Positions 16,272 through 46,826 of a stretch of DNA of 64,000 bases are shown here, piece after piece (position 1 is the first letter of the stretch; every line of letters begins with the position of its first letter). The notes under the pieces are model-generated. The model was given only the letters and a program-made list of their open reading frames with translations, did no database searches and had not been told where the DNA came from. The DNA is taken from the NCBI RefSeq assembly GCF_009914755.1, contig NC_060929.1; one strand, 5' to 3'. Source of the DNA: the human T2T-CHM13v2.0 reference genome, Homo sapiens. The translations under genes and the position numbers were made by a program.

Positions 16272-16649
16272 AGAGTGGGAGGGGGCGGAGCGACGGGGGT
16301 CACTTCCGTGTCCCGGAAGTATACCTCTGAGGTCACGGGGCGAGGTCGGGTTCCGGAAGACGCCGGCATTATTCCTCCCAAAGAGTTTAAGACTCGTCAT
16401 AAGGAAAGACGGTTTATTACTTAAGGGAGAGCGAAAAGAGGTAGAGGGCTGGTTGTCGCTGCGAGCGGGTCGGCCTAAGCGACAGTACGAAGCGGCTACA
16501 CCCGCGGGGTGAGGTGGGCCTGTATTCCATGATGGCGGTGGTCGTGGCTAGACAGACTTCCGCCATCCTGACTCCCGCCCTGGCAGCCTTGGAGCGGCAG
16601 CGCCCCTTGTGTGGAGCAGGGGAATAACAACAACAAAACGGCCTTAATT

Positions 16650-20175
<3,526 letters not shown>

Positions 20176-20294
20176 AGTCAGGCTGGGCGAAGGGTACTGA
20201 AGGTCTGAGGAAAGGGGTGGGGTGGGTGGCTGAATTAAACAGAGAGGGCCAGGCAGCCTTGCTGAGGAGTGATTTGAGCAGAGCTGTGAGGTGG

Positions 20295-21251
20295 TGAAGG
20301 GGTGGCCTGCCCCTCCACACCTGTGGGTGTTTCTCGTCAGGTGGGATGAGAGACTGAGAAAAGAAAGAGACACAGAGACAAAGTATAGAGAAAGAGTGCC
20401 AGGGGACTGGCGCTCAGCATATGGAGGGCCCACGATGACACCGGTCTCTGAGTTCCTTCAGTATTTATTGATCATTATCTCTACCATCTTGGAGAGAGGG
20501 ATGTGGCAGGACAATAGGGTAATAGTGGGGAGAGGGTCAGCAGGAAAACGTGTGAACAAATGTCTCTGTGTCATAAACAAGGTTAAGAAAAAGGTGCTGT
20601 GCTTTGATGTGCACATACATAAACATCTCGGTGCATTAAAGAGCAGTATTGCCGCCAGCATGTCTCACCTCCAGCCCTAAGGCGGTTTTCTCCTATCTCA
20701 GTAGATGAAATATACAATTGCGTTTTACAACGAGACATTCCATTGCCCAGGGACGAGCAGGAAACAGATGCCTTCCTCTTACCTCAACTGCAAAGAGGCC
20801 TTCCTCTTTTACTAATCCTCCTCAGCACAGACCCTTTACGGGTATCAGGCTGGGGGACGGTCAGGTCTTTCCCTTCCCACAAGGCCATATTTCAGACTAT
20901 CACATGGGGAGAACTTGGACAATATCTGGCTTTCCTAGGCAGAGGTCCCTGCAGCCTTCCGCAGTGTTTTGTGTCCCTGGGTACTTGAGATTAGGGATTG
21001 ATGATGACTTTCAAGAAGCATGCTGCCTTCAAGCATTTGTTTAACAAAGCACATCCTGCATAGCCCTAAATCCATTAAACCTTGAGTCGACACAGCACAT
21101 GTTTCTGCGAGCACAGGGTTGGGGGTAGGGTTACAGATTAATAGCATCTCAAGGCAGAAAAATTTTTCTTAGTACAGAACAAAATGGAGTCTCTTATGTC
21201 TACTTCTTTCTACACAGACACAGTAATGGTCTGATCTCTCTTTTCCCCACA
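20295..21251 (-). mobile_element. HERV-K(HML-2) solo LTR, LTR5B-like
   Basis: Minus strand begins TGTGGGGAAAAGAGAGATCAGA...GAAAGAAGTAGACATAAGAGACTCCATTTTG and ends GGCCACCCCTTCA. 957 bp, 6-bp TSD AGGTGG at 20289-20294 and 21252-21257. LTR AATAAA at 20469-20464. Confidence 0.93.
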
Positions 21252-21259
21252 AGGTGGGA

Positions 21260-22941
<1,682 letters not shown>

Positions 22942-24911
22942 TGAGTAGCTGGGATTACAGGCACACGCCACCACACCCAGCTAATTTTTGTATTTTTAGT
23001 AGAGAAGGGGTTTCACCATGTTGGCCAGGATGGTCTCAATTTCTTGACCTCATGATCTGCCCACCTTGGCCTCCCAAAGTGCTGGGATTACAGGTGTGAG
23101 CCAGCATGCCTGGCCCAATTATTATTATTTTTTTAATTTTTAAAATTTTGTTATTTTTGAGACAGAGTCTCACTCTGTTGCCCAGGCTTGAGTGCAACCT
23201 CTGCCTCCCAGGTTCAAGCGATTTTCATGCCTCAGCCTCCGTATAGCTGGGATTAGAGGTTTGCACCACACACCTGGCTAATTTTTGTATTTTTAGTAGA
23301 GATGAGGTTTCACCATGTTGGCCAGGCTGGTCTCGAATTCCTGACCTCAAGTGATTCGCCCGCCTCGGCCTCCCAAAGTGCTAGGATTACAGGCATGAGC
23401 CACCGTGCCTGGCCCTCATTTTTCTTTAAATACTGAGTCTCCCTAAGTTGCCCAGGTTGGTCTTGACCTCCTGGGCTCAAGTGGTCCTCCCACCTCGGCC
23501 TTCCAAAATGCTGGGATTACAGGTGTGAGCCACCATGCCCAGTTCCTTCATAGACAGCTCTTGAGTTTTTCTGCAGAGGTGTGCCAGGGGGCAGATGGAG
23601 AATGGGAATGTGAGATCAAGAGGTTCTTTTTTTTCCTTTTTTAAGGTTGCATCAATAACAGATATTTTAACACTGCTGGGAATAGTCTAGAAGTGAAGGA
23701 AAAACATGCTGGAGCCCTGACATTGAGCAGGCAATAGGTAAAGGCCTCTGCTGCGCATGTGGAGGCATCGGCTTTAGGCAGGAATGTGGACAGCTCACCT
23801 CAGGTGCTAATGAGGAAGGAAGACGGTGGGGGCAAATGTGGCAGCAGGAGCTGGAGAAAGTTCTCATTCCGGAAGTGGAAAGCAAGCAGCTTCCTCTCAA
23901 CAACCACAGGAGGTAGAAAATGTTTAATCCCCCCCGTTATAACTGAGGACACAAGGAAAAGGTCAACAGCTCTAAGTGGGGCACCAGGATCTGGGCCCAA
24001 GCAGTCTGACTCCAGAGCCCAATTCGTGTAACCTCAGGTACAGGTGTTTTGTAAATATCTGTTGATTGGATGAAGGAAGAGCAAGGAATTAGCCTGCAGC
24101 AGCAGAAGCCAAGCCCTTTCCTGGGTCCTCAAGCTCAACCTGGAAGGCCCCGTGCTCCCCATTCTCGGCAGCAGCTCATACTGTCATTTGTCCAGGAGCT
24201 CTATCCCCTCCTCCCCTTGAAGGGTAGTTTGCAAATGCAACAGAGGAAGGGTGGGAAGAAGCTGTGGCTCAGAGAGGGTGAGTTTGCTCACCAGGACACA
24301 CAGCCAGGAATCAGACACCAACTGTGGCCCAGGTGGTCCTGGGACTTGGAGGGAGGACCTTCTCAAAAGTGTTGGCTGCTGTGAAGCTGTCGTGGAGTCA
24401 TGGGTCTATTGCTGGTCTGAGCCCCAGAACACACATGAGCGCTAGTCTGCGTGTGTAAGTGTGGCACACAAGGGAGAGCGGCGGTGTGTGTGTTGGGGAT
24501 TAGGCCAGGTGCACACCCTCCAGGGTCCAGGGGAGGAGGGGCTACAAAAGGCCTGGAGATGGCTCCCTCTGTAGCAATGCCCCTCTAGAGACCGGCAGGC
24601 TTCGTCCTCCAGGGCTGTAATTCACCTGCTCCCCGTGCTCACAGGACTCACACGCGGTCTGCGAGCAACTGATGGGAGCCCCTGTGTGCCCCAGGACCTG
24701 TCATCTCAGCACTCGCCACACAGTGACCGTGTCACGGCCTGCTGCCAAGGGGCTTTGTCTAGCAGGGAATATGGGCAAGAAACAAGGACAAAGTAAGGAA
24801 CGGGGGATACGGAGGGCTCTGGCTTGCTCAGGGGCCTTGCTGGAGGGCCCAAAATGGGAGTAGGAGACAGCCAGGACAGGAAGAAGAGGGTGGGAGAAAA
24901 CTCCCAGCTCA

Positions 24912-25778
<867 letters not shown>

Positions 25779-26549
25779 TCACACCCCAGGAGCTCAGATT
25801 ATTATTCTCATTTTACTCAGCGGGAAGCTTTAAGTAGGATGAGGTCAGGGCTGCGCCCAGGTCACTCAGCTGGTTCAGGGTGGTGAAGTGGACAAAGATG
25901 GCACCCGGCCTCTGTGTGCCCTGCCTGCCGCAGGCCAGCTCGCAGAGGGCCTGCGCTCAGTCCATCCAAAGGGAAGGGCAGTGCCAGGGCAGCCCAATGG
26001 CTGGCAGTGCCAGGGCATGGATCCCGAGTCGTTTATTCATTCAGCGGGTTTATTGAGCACCTACTGTGTGCCAGGCACTGGTGAGCGATAAAGCAACGGA
26101 TAACACAGACATGGGTCTCCTTCCCCACGGAAGGGACAACCTAATGGGGAGACAGCCAGGCGTTATACAGATAAGCCTGCCAACAACTTTATTATTAGAG
26201 ATTGTGGTAAGGGCTATGAAGGAAATACGCACACCTGAGAAGATTCCAAGGTAGGCTCACTCTCGAGGTGGGCAGGGCTCAGGCACAGGGAGGGCTCAGG
26301 AGGAGATATGGAAGCTGAGACCTGAAGCGTGCGAGGTGCAGCCATGAGGAGGGCTGGAGGAGCAGCCTTAGGGGCAGAGAGGACAGCAGTGCACAGGCTG
26401 CCAAAATTGGGAGGAGCCCGAGGAACTGCAAGGAGGCGGGGCTGGGGCCAGGAGAGAGAAGAGTGTTAGGGCTGTCCCTGAGGGCAGGGGCCAGATCCTC
26501 TGGGCCTGCTAGGCCCTGCCTTGTCAAGGAGTGTAGATTTATTATTATC

Positions 26550-26574
26550 GTTGTTGTTGTTGTTGTTGTTGTTG

Positions 26575-26612
<38 letters not shown>
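26550..26612 (+). repeat. (GTT)n(ATT)n trinucleotide repeat derived from an antisense Alu tail
   Basis: Read directly; abuts the Alu at 26613-26862. Confidence 0.93.
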
Positions 26613-26942
26613 TTGAAACAGTTCTGCTCAGTCGCCCAGGCTGGAGTGCAGTGGCGCGATCTCGGCTCTCTGCAACCTCTGCCTCCCAGGTAGCTGGGAT
26701 TACAGGCACGTGCCACCACGCCCGGCTAATTTTTGTATTTTTAGTAGAGACAGGGTTTCACCATGTTGGCCAGGCTGGTCTCAAACTCCTGACCTCAAAT
26801 GATCCACCCGCTCCGGGCTCCCAAACTGTTAGGATTACAGGCGTGAGCCACTGCGCCCGGCCAACTGTAGATTATATTCTGATTGCATGGGAAGGCAGTG
26901 AAGAGCTTTAAGCAGGGAGCCACATGTTCTGATTTGTCTTTA

Positions 26943-27053
<111 letters not shown>

Positions 27054-28778
27054 TTAGCAAGCAAGACCTTGTCTTTACAAAAAATAAAAATAAAATAAAT
27101 AAAATAAAAATAAAATAAATTTAAAAAATAAACGAAAGTCTACTCTGGCTTTGGAGAATTGGCTGAAGGTGAGCAAGAGAGGGAGCAGGAGGAGGTGGAG
27201 ACGGTCACGCTGGTGAGAGGTGACGGGGGCTCAGACCGCGATGGCAGCTGTGAAGATGGAGAACAATGGTCAGATCTGAGAGATACTTTGGAAGCAGAAT
27301 CTGTAGAATTTTCAGATGAATTGGATGGAGGGGTGAGGATGATTGTAGGTTCTAGGCTTGAGCAACGGGTGGATGATGGGGCTATTAACCAAGGTGGGGA
27401 GAGCCAGGGGGAGGTCACAACTTGGGTGGAGGCTGGAATCAGGCTCAGGCCCTGCTATTTTTGGAGCCTTCTGTGTGATATCCTAGTAGAAGGATGGGGC
27501 AAGCAGTTGGAGCTTATTGGAAAGTTCAGGACTGCTGATGTAACCTCAGGAGCCTCTAGGTTGTATTTTATGTCAAGGGATTGGATGAGATCCCTTCACA
27601 CAGCCCACAGTCTGGCAGGTAGTGAAGGCCTCATCACCGGAGGTGTGCAGGACAGGCTGGCTGATGCCACTAGAGAGAGGAGGCCTCTTTGAGGGGAGGT
27701 GGAACAAAATAGACCCTGAGGATGCCAGATAGCAGGACTCGGTGCCCCTGGGGCCACACGGAGGAGCTGGATATGCTGGCTCTGTCTCTTTGTCTGGTTG
27801 GAGCCTCCTCTCCCTTTGGCACCATTCCCCCACTACCATCTGGCAGGGTCCAGAGACACACAGACCCTGGGGTGGGATGAGGGGCAGCCTCAGGGATGGG
27901 GCTGTAATTTCAGCTGGGGGCAGGGCTCCTGAGTCTCAGCCACCTGGTGTGAGGTTCCTCTTTCCGGCACCTCCTCATGACTGTCTTGCCTGACAGCCCC
28001 ATCCCCCACAACTGCAGCTACTCAACACCTCTCAGGAGGAGGCCCAGCCCAGGGAGCAGCTCCCTGCTGTGTCCCACCTGGAAAGGCATTGAGTCTGCTG
28101 GTGCAGCATCCCCGGGGGTGGGGGAGGGAACTAGAGGGGCTGCCAAGCTTAATTAGTAGTTGTGAATCCCCGAAACCTGCATCTAGAGAGGCCCCCCAGA
28201 CTTTCATCTTCAAAACCTCCCCACCCACCTGGATGAAAGGGCCAGGGAGGGGCCAGGTATTAATAGTAATTATTAGTTTCACTAATAAGGAGAAGAAATG
28301 GGATTATCACCACGCTCAACAAGTTCTCCCCTCTTTGTCTACCTCTTCTCTCCTTCCTGTGGGCTCCTTTTTCCTTCCTCTCTCCCTCCTCCTTTTTTAT
28401 TTTTCTCTTTTTTAATTTGTAGAGATGTGGTTTCACCATGTTGCCCAGGCTGATCTTGAACTCCTGGGCTCAAGCAATCCTCCTGCCTCAGCTTCCCAAA
28501 GTGCTGGGATTACAGGCGTGAGCCACTGGGCCCGACCCTTCTTTCTTTTCTCCTCTTCTCTAGGCCTTGCCACTTCCATCTGTCCTTGTTTCAAGGCCTT
28601 GGGATCTGCCTGCCTCTCTCGGTTCCCTTGCTGTCTATTGGGGTGTCTTAGGTACCAGGACATTCGGGGAACACCTGTGTTCATCTGGGTTGCTGAGGGA
28701 GAGACATAAGGGTGAGAGAATGTTGTTAGGATGTTGGTGTCCATTCATTCATTCATTCAGTCATTCATTGTTTTATAA

Positions 28779-29114
<336 letters not shown>

Positions 29115-30605
29115 TGAGCCAAGCACTGGGTTGGGCGCTGAGGATTCGGCGCTGAATAGGACAGATGTGGGCCATGCCTGCCCAAGTCAACATCCTAGCA
29201 GGGAAGATGGACAGTAAACAGTAAACTAACAGATAGACATAAGGTCACAGAGTGTGGTGCAGACTATAAAGGGAATAAATTGCAGACAGGATGGAGAGCT
29301 ATGTGGGTGGCTACTTTAGGCTGGGGCACCAGGGAGGTGACATTTCAGCAGAGACCTGAATCATAAGGACTAAGTTATGAGGGAAGATTGGGAAAGGGTT
29401 CCTGACAGGAAGAACAGTCTTTGCAAAAGCCCTGAGCTTAGCATGAGGATGTGAAAGGAGGATAAAGTGGCCAGGAGTAAGGAGGAGAACCAGAGGGAGA
29501 AGGGAGATGAGGTGGGGACAGGGCTGGCACCACGAGCCTGTGACCTCTACAGTTGCACAGGGCCCATGCTTGGTTAATGCACTGTGGTTGCTGTCCTGAA
29601 ATTCTTTTTTTTTTTTTTTTTTTTTTTTTTGAGACGGAGTCTCGCTGTGTCTCCCAGGCTGGTGAGTGCAGTGGCGTTTTCTCTGCTCACTGCAACCTCC
29701 GCCTCCCAGGTTTGAGCGATTCTCCTGCTTCAGGCTTCTGAGTAGCTGGGACTGCAGGCCCATACCACCATGCCCAGCTAAGTTTTGTATTTTTAGTAGA
29801 GATGGAGTTTCAGTATGTTGGCCAGGCTGGTCTTGAACTCCAGACCTCAGGTGATCTGCCTGCCTTGGCCTCCCAAAGTGCTGGGATTACAGGTGTGAGC
29901 CACTGCACCAGGCCCTGAAATTCTTAATAGTGGTTGAACAAAGGCTTCTGCATTTTTATTTTGCACTTGGGCCCTGCAAATTATGTAGCTCGCCGTGGTT
30001 GGGAGGTTGGCAAAATAACTGGGTGTCTGTGAGTAGAGATGTGAAGGCTTCTTGGCTGGTGTTGAGTGAATGAATGAATCTGCTTTTGCAGAGTTCATCT
30101 GTGAGGCTGTCAGAGGGCCACCTTTGCCTAGACCAGGGGCTGCTGCTGTGCAGAGAGGGGTCACATTCAGACATGGCCCCAGAGTGCCCCCAAATTCTGC
30201 AGTATCTGTTAGATTCTTCCGGGCCCACTGCCTGCAGGGTTCCCAGGGCTGTGTGCACCAGGTCTGAAGCAGCATCATGAAAAGGTGGGTAAAGTCAGGC
30301 TTACCCCACCCCCTGCATTGGCAAACAATAACTCCTCCACCCGAGGTAGAATCTTGCCTGTGAAGCCTCAGACTTTAGAGCCAGACAAACTTGAGTTCAA
30401 ATCTGGCTTTCACATTCTGATTAGTGGATGTGACTAAGTGTACTTTATGCAGGTGATTTGCTTCTCTGAGCCTCAGTTAGTTCCCTCATCTGTAAAATAG
30501 GGATCACTACTTCTTAGAGTTGTTGAGAGGATTAAACGAGGTAATAAGAGGAAAGCTTTTGGCACAGTCAGAACTTAGAAAATATTTGCAATAATAATAG
30601 TATTA

Positions 30606-30761
<156 letters not shown>

Positions 30762-31440
30762 TTAGTCGAGATCGCGCCACTGCACTCCAGCCTGGGCAAT
30801 AGTGCAAGACTCCACAAAAAAAAAAAAGTATTATTATACAATCTTTGCAGAATTGGGTAAACATTTGCTTTTGCCCCTAAATGTCTACATAGTCATGAAC
30901 AGGTCACTAAATCCCCCTGAGCCTGTTTCCTCTTCTGTTCAATTGGGATGATAACAAGCTAACCCATCTCTAACCGGGGTGGTTGGGGATGAACCAACAG
31001 GATCACTGGATCACCGTGGAGCTTCTTTGTAAATTGATGTGCAGGTGTGGGCCGCTTGCACATTCCAGACCCACCCCTATCTCTCCCATCTCAGGGCAGG
31101 CTTTCTCCAAATCTGCCCGCCCGGAAGGAAAAGCACCCTTCAGTTCTTGGCAGTCTCTGGATTCCCAGCCCTGAGTTGCTGCTCTCACACTGGGAAGTCG
31201 GCCTGGGAGTGAACATTAAGTTCAAGGTCCCTGGTTAGGCAAAAAAGAGGCTGATCCAGAAGTTGGAGTAGGGGAGGGGGAGGATGAGCTGAGTGAGGAC
31301 AAAGGAGCTGGAGCCAAAATCCCTGTTGGCCTTGCTTCCTGCCTCACTCTGAGGCAGGAAGCAACCAGAAAGCTGCAGAGAATTAGTCTCTGAAAAAGGA
31401 CCTGAGCAACAGTCTCGGGCTGGGCAGAGCCCCCACTTCA

Positions 31441-31987
<547 letters not shown>

Positions 31988-33670
31988 CTAGCAGTGTGAC
32001 CTCAGGGTTCTGTGGCCTCTCCATGCCTCAGTGTTCCTAATCTGGAGCCCGGGGATAATAGTCATAGCTCCTGATAGTGCTGCTGGGAAAACCGAGTGCT
32101 CTGCAGTTCCCAGCAAAGCCTGATAGGTAGTGAGTGCTTTAGAAAGGTTAGTTATTATTATATATTCTTGTAAAAATGAGGCCACCCAGCAAGTTCTGTC
32201 AGAGTCTGCTGTGTCTCCTGATAGATGGGTTCAAAGCCTTCCCTTATATTTTGGGCAGGCAGCATTCATTTATTCATTTGTTTATTCAATAAATATTTAT
32301 GGAGCATATTTATGGCAGCAAAGAGTGGCAGATGGGGGGCCCTAGGGCCTGATTGCTTCCCAGAGGGGCATTTGAGTGAGAACTAGCATTTATTCAGCAA
32401 CAATAGGCTTAGCTTATACACACTCAGATTCTTACCAGAAATGGGCATTGCCCAGGTAGAGGAGGGAGCCCAGGTGGAGCCACGGACACGGGGCCACATA
32501 GCCACTCAGTAGCAGCCCTAGAGACTTGAATCCAGGCCATCTCACTCCAAAGCTTGTGCTTTTTCAAATCTAGATTCCAGGCCTGCCTTCCTGCTGTGCC
32601 TCCCATCTCCCTCCCCAAACCAGACTTTGGCGGAGCCAGATCCCTAGAGGCCAAAGGCCAGGTTGTTTTCTGTTGCCCACTGTGGCAGGATCTCTGTCAT
32701 TTCCTTCCCAGTTCTCCTAACCATGCGGAACAACCTTGGGGCCTTCCTCCGAGGGGAAACCCAGCCTGGAAGCATCCCGTGGAAAATGTGGCTGTCAGTG
32801 ACCTCTGATGTTTGTCTCTTCGGCTGCCGAGGGTCTGGGTGCCTGGGAGTGCAGCAAGGTGGGGGGCTTCCTCAATAGGTGATGCCTATGACTCTCAGGA
32901 GTTTAGACTTGGCCTCCCTCTGGCTCTGTAGCCTGGGACAAGTCATAGCCCCTCTCTGGGCCTCAGTTTCCCCATCTGTAAAAATGGGAATAGGCCAGGC
33001 ATGGTGGTTCATGTCTATAATCCCAACACTTTGGAAGGCTGAGATAGGAGCATTGCTGAAGCCCAGGAGTTCAAGACCAGCCTGGGCAACATAGTGAGAC
33101 CCTGTCTCTACAAAAATTTTCAAAAATTGCTGGGTATGGTGGCTTATGTCTATAGTCTCAATTACTTGGGAGGCTGAGGTGGGAGGATTGCTTGAGCGCA
33201 GGAGGTCGAGGCTGCAGTGAGCTATGATGGCACCACTGTACTCCAGTCTAGGTGGCAGAGTAAGACCGTGTCTAAAAAAAAAGAAAAAAAGGAAGAGGCA
33301 TGGCATGGAGTTGAGGAACAGTAGCGAAGTTCTCACACTGGCCCTCTGGCTGGGAGTTTACGTGCTGATGTCAAGTCCTCCTGCCTTCTTTTCCTCCTGG
33401 GTGCTTGTGAGGTTCAAATGGGACTGTGGCTACAAAAGGGCTTTGGAGTGGAATCCAGAGCTGGAGAGCAGAGCAGATGTAGAAGGAAGCTGATTATTTT
33501 TGATTGAGACCCTCAGCACTTAGCTCCGCCTTCATCACATCTCACCCAGGCTGCTGCCTGTGGCCAAGTACCCATTCCCCAGACCCTCTGCAGGACCCAT
33601 GGTTCCGGGTCAAGGGTGAGCCTGGGGCAAGGTTCTAACCAGGAGGTTTCTGAGCCTGACATGAGCATCC

Positions 33671-34686
<1,016 letters not shown>

Positions 34687-35296
34687 CTACCCAGGGGACA
34701 TTCCTTCTGGCAGAGCATGACATTCACCTTGTGCCTAATTTGGGAAACCCCTTCTGTTCTTGGGTCTCAGTTTCCCCATCTGCACTGTGAAAGGCGCCAT
34801 CACACGCCCTCAGAGAGCCCTTCTGGCTCTCCAAGCCCCAGACCGCGGGCCTCTGACTTCTGCCCTCCCCAGGCTCCTGAGGGATCCAGCCTTCAGCAAA
34901 TGGAGATCAGTTCCATCCTCAGGAGATTCCATCTGGGATTTTGACTCCCCTGCTCCATCTGCCACTGCTGCCCCCAGATGCCCCAGAGTGGACAGAAACC
35001 AAGGGAAGGAGGCAGGGGCACACCCCCTTCCCAGGAGGACTGGAAGGCAGGACCCTCACTTCCAGGCACACATGGATGGAGAGGTGCCATGCTGGAGGGA
35101 TGGTAGGAGAGGTAGTTCTGCAAGGAGCATGCCCATCCCCTATGCCACAGGCCGGCCAGATGGTGGGGGCAGCCAAGGAGGGCTCCTTGCTCCCGCCCCA
35201 CCCCTCAGGCTGTACAGGGATCTGGATTTCTTTCCATACAAAACATGTGTGGGTAGAAGCCTTCAAATGCAGATTTGGGGCTCATGAAACATTTTA

Positions 35297-36245
<949 letters not shown>

Positions 36246-36381
36246 TCATGAAACATTTTAATCTGGTGGAAGCACAGTTATAGCATTTCAGAACCTTGGT
36301 ATGCTGTGGAATTCGAGAATCTCAGAGGCATAGCATCCTAGAATTTTACAAAAGTGAGTCATAGGATTTAAGGTTTCTAAA

Positions 36382-38373
<1,992 letters not shown>

Positions 38374-39887
38374 TGATCCACCCGCCTCGGCCTCCCAAAG
38401 TGCTGGGATTACAGGCGTGAGCCACTGTGCCCAGCCAACATTTCTAACGAATTAAGCAGTTTTAGAAAATTAGGCCAGGTGTGGTGGCTCAAGCCTGTAA
38501 TCCCAGCACTTTGGGAGGCCGAGGCAGGCGGATCACAAGGTCAGGAGATCGAGACCATCCTGGCAAACATGGTGAAACCCCGTCTCTGCTAAAAATACAA
38601 AAAATTAGCCGGGCGTGGTGGCGGGCGCCTGTAGTCCGAGCTACTCGGGAGGCTGAGGCAGGAGAATGGTGTGAACCCGGGAGGCAGAGCTCGGAGTGAG
38701 CCGAGATCACGCCACTGCTCTCCAGCCTGGGCGACAGAGCAAGACTCTGTCTCAAAAAAAAAAAAAAAGAAAAAAGAAAATTAGAATCATATTTAAAATC
38801 TCAGAATCAGGAAAAAATTGTGGCATTTCAGAATTTTAATGTGACAGAATTTTAGAACCAGATTTCTAGATCATGACATCGCTGACTGAATTTTAGCACT
38901 AACTCTCACAGCCTGGAAGAACTTGAGAAGAATCCTGGTCCCTTGCCCACCCAAGGCAGGGATCCTCCTAGCCCACCGTAAGCAGCGGTGGTCCAGCCTC
39001 TGCCTACCCCTCTCCTTTGCTGGGTAGAGAACTCCCCCCTGACAAGGCCACTGGGTGTTTTGAATGGTTAGGGAGAGTTTCCCGATGCTGGGTGGTGCCT
39101 GCTTCCCTCAGCTTCTCCCATGCTCTCAGTGGGTTCCCACACCACCTGTGGGGGCTCACAGGACAAGCCTGAGTCTTCCTTCCCAGCAAAGGCAAGAGTG
39201 CTGGGTCCTGCCTCTCCCCTTACCCGAGCCACTGTCCTACAGGCTACAGGCCCTCCCTTGACACCAGTCTCTGCAGGTGGGCTTCAGGGACCCACACCAG
39301 GACTCTCAGCTCCTGGCAGGCCTCTCTGCTTCCCCATCCCTCAGCAAAGCTGTTCCTGGGACCCCAGTAGTGCAGGGGTCCTGCCAGCCTCTCCCGATTG
39401 GTAGATTACCTTTTCTTTCCATCTGGGTGACTGGCCCCTACATCCTGGTCTCTCAGTCCTGCCTGTTCCCAGCCCTGGGGAGAGGTGGGATGAGTGACTA
39501 CAGGTGCTGGGGTGAGGGGGGGCACAGGAATCTCAGGTCGATTTCAGGAGCCCCAGGTCTGCCTGAAAAATGCTTTTTTTTTTCAACTTTAAGAGACTGA
39601 GGAGGAAGAAGGAAGAGGCTTTCTCATTGACAGAGTCACGAATTCCAAGGCAGTGCTGAGGGGCAGTGAGTCACCCAGAGGTCTCCACACAGAGCAGAAA
39701 GGCTGGAATCAGTCAGGCGGGGTCCTGGCGGAGTAAAACTAGAGCTGGGACTTGAAGGAAAGGGGTGCTGGGACTGTGATGAGGTTGGGGGGAGGCATTC
39801 TTGGCAGAAGGAATGCTGGACACATGACCCAGTCCCAGCCTGCCTGGATAGAGGGGTCAGAGGGTGACAGGATGGCCACGTAGGTCA

Positions 39888-40444
<557 letters not shown>

Positions 40445-41066
40445 TCATTTAATCCTCTCAACAACCTTATAAGGTAAATACTATTATCCTCCTGCAAATA
40501 AACAATTGAAACCAAGTTAAATGACAGTAATTGAGGGCTGACCCTTGATTCTAACACAAGACAGTCTGATGTCAGAGCCCAAGCACTGGATGGAGGGCGA
40601 GTTGCAGAAGAAGGGAGGTGGGATTTGTATGGGGCATGCAGAGTCTGAGCATAAGTGAGTGTGACCGCATGCTTTGTGGGCTATGGGGCTTATCCCTGCC
40701 ATTCCCCTCGCTCTTCCCACCCGCAGCCCCAGCTCCATCTCACCCCAGACACAGCCCAGACAGGTTGGAGTGAAGAAAGGGCCTTGGAATGATAAGAATG
40801 TCCATGCCTGTTGGAGCAGAGAGCCCCAGACAAGGGCTGGCCACCACACCGGTCCCAGAGCTGACTTCCCACAGGTCAGCACTGCTCCCTCACCCCCTGC
40901 TGGTATGTCTATAAGCACCTAGGAATGGCATCTGGGCTCAACTCTGGGAGTCCTTACCGGCTTCCAAGATACACAGGATAGGCAGAGGGGAATGCTAATA
41001 GACATTCTTCCAGGTCTAGTCCCAGCTCACCTGCTGGCCACCGCTGGTCTAGGCAGGCCCCTCTGA

Positions 41067-41282
<216 letters not shown>

Positions 41283-42270
41283 TAATAGAGACGGGGTTTC
41301 ACCATGTTAGCCAGGATGGTCTCGATCTCCTGACCCTGTGATCCGCCCGCCTCGGCCTCCCAAAGTCCTGGGATTACAGGCTTGAGCCACCGTGCCCGGC
41401 AGTTTCTTCATTTCTATAAGGAGAATTGGATGTGTTCAGGGACAGGAGAATAACACAGAGAAACAAAGTGGTCTTGTGTGTGTGTATGGAGTGATGGGCA
41501 TGGAGAACTGCAGACAACCTCCAGGCCAGGCAACTTCAACCACCCCTTCCTGCTTCACTCATTGGGAGCATTTTTGGATTCTGCTGTGCAGACACTGGGA
41601 TCCTGAGTCAGCCACTTAACCTTTCAGTGTCCGTTTGAACCTCTCCCCTCTTCTGGGGGTTAATCTAATGTTTTGGTTTGAATGATGTCAAAAGTGTTAG
41701 TTCTAAAATGAAGAGAATCAGAATCGCAGAATGAGGAGGTCAGATGGTGGAGGAGTGGATGAGAAATGGCCTGTGGTGAGGGCAAGTCCAGGGCAGAGCC
41801 CCTCTGACCAGCAGCTGAGAGGATGGGAAGGAACAATCCCTGGACGGCCCTTCACACCTACCGCCCTGACGGCACCTGAGCCTAGCACTCTGCTCGCCAG
41901 GCCTGGACTCAGCCCTGGGCCCTGGACCAGGCCTTATCCTCAAGGGACTTTGAGCCTCTAGATGATAAGGGTCATCTAAAGACCACTTGTGCTTGGCAGT
42001 GTTTTACTTTTGTCAGGTTGTAATTGGTGCATTACAATGAACACAGTAAAAGGGGAAATGAACTGATTGACATTTATTTGTAGAAGCTGTCATCTTCTCT
42101 GTGTGAGCATTTTGTAGATCTTTTGGCCTCCATTCCTGTTCTCTTAGTCAAGCTAAATGGTCCAGGGACTGAAGATCCCAGTTTAGCCACAGCTTGGCTC
42201 TTTTGCAAGGTGAGGGGATCTCCTGCAGGTTGGGCAAAGCTTCATTTTCTCTTCTGTACAATGCGGGTGA

Positions 42271-46810
<4,540 letters not shown>

Positions 46811-46826
46811 TCATCTAACATTTAAA

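Noticed and set aside
15788-16512. Plus-strand ORFs of 180 and 140 aa antisense to RPS14 exon 1
   Set aside because: GC-rich promoter sequence is depleted of stop codons; Arg/Pro/Gly-rich products with no recognisable domain.
16596-16614. Third CTCF-like motif upstream of RPS14
   Set aside because: Several mismatches in the 5' half of the core; weak match in GC-rich context.
20295-21251. HERV-K provirus with coding genes
   Set aside because: The TSD directly flanks a single LTR; no PBS, gag, pol or env.
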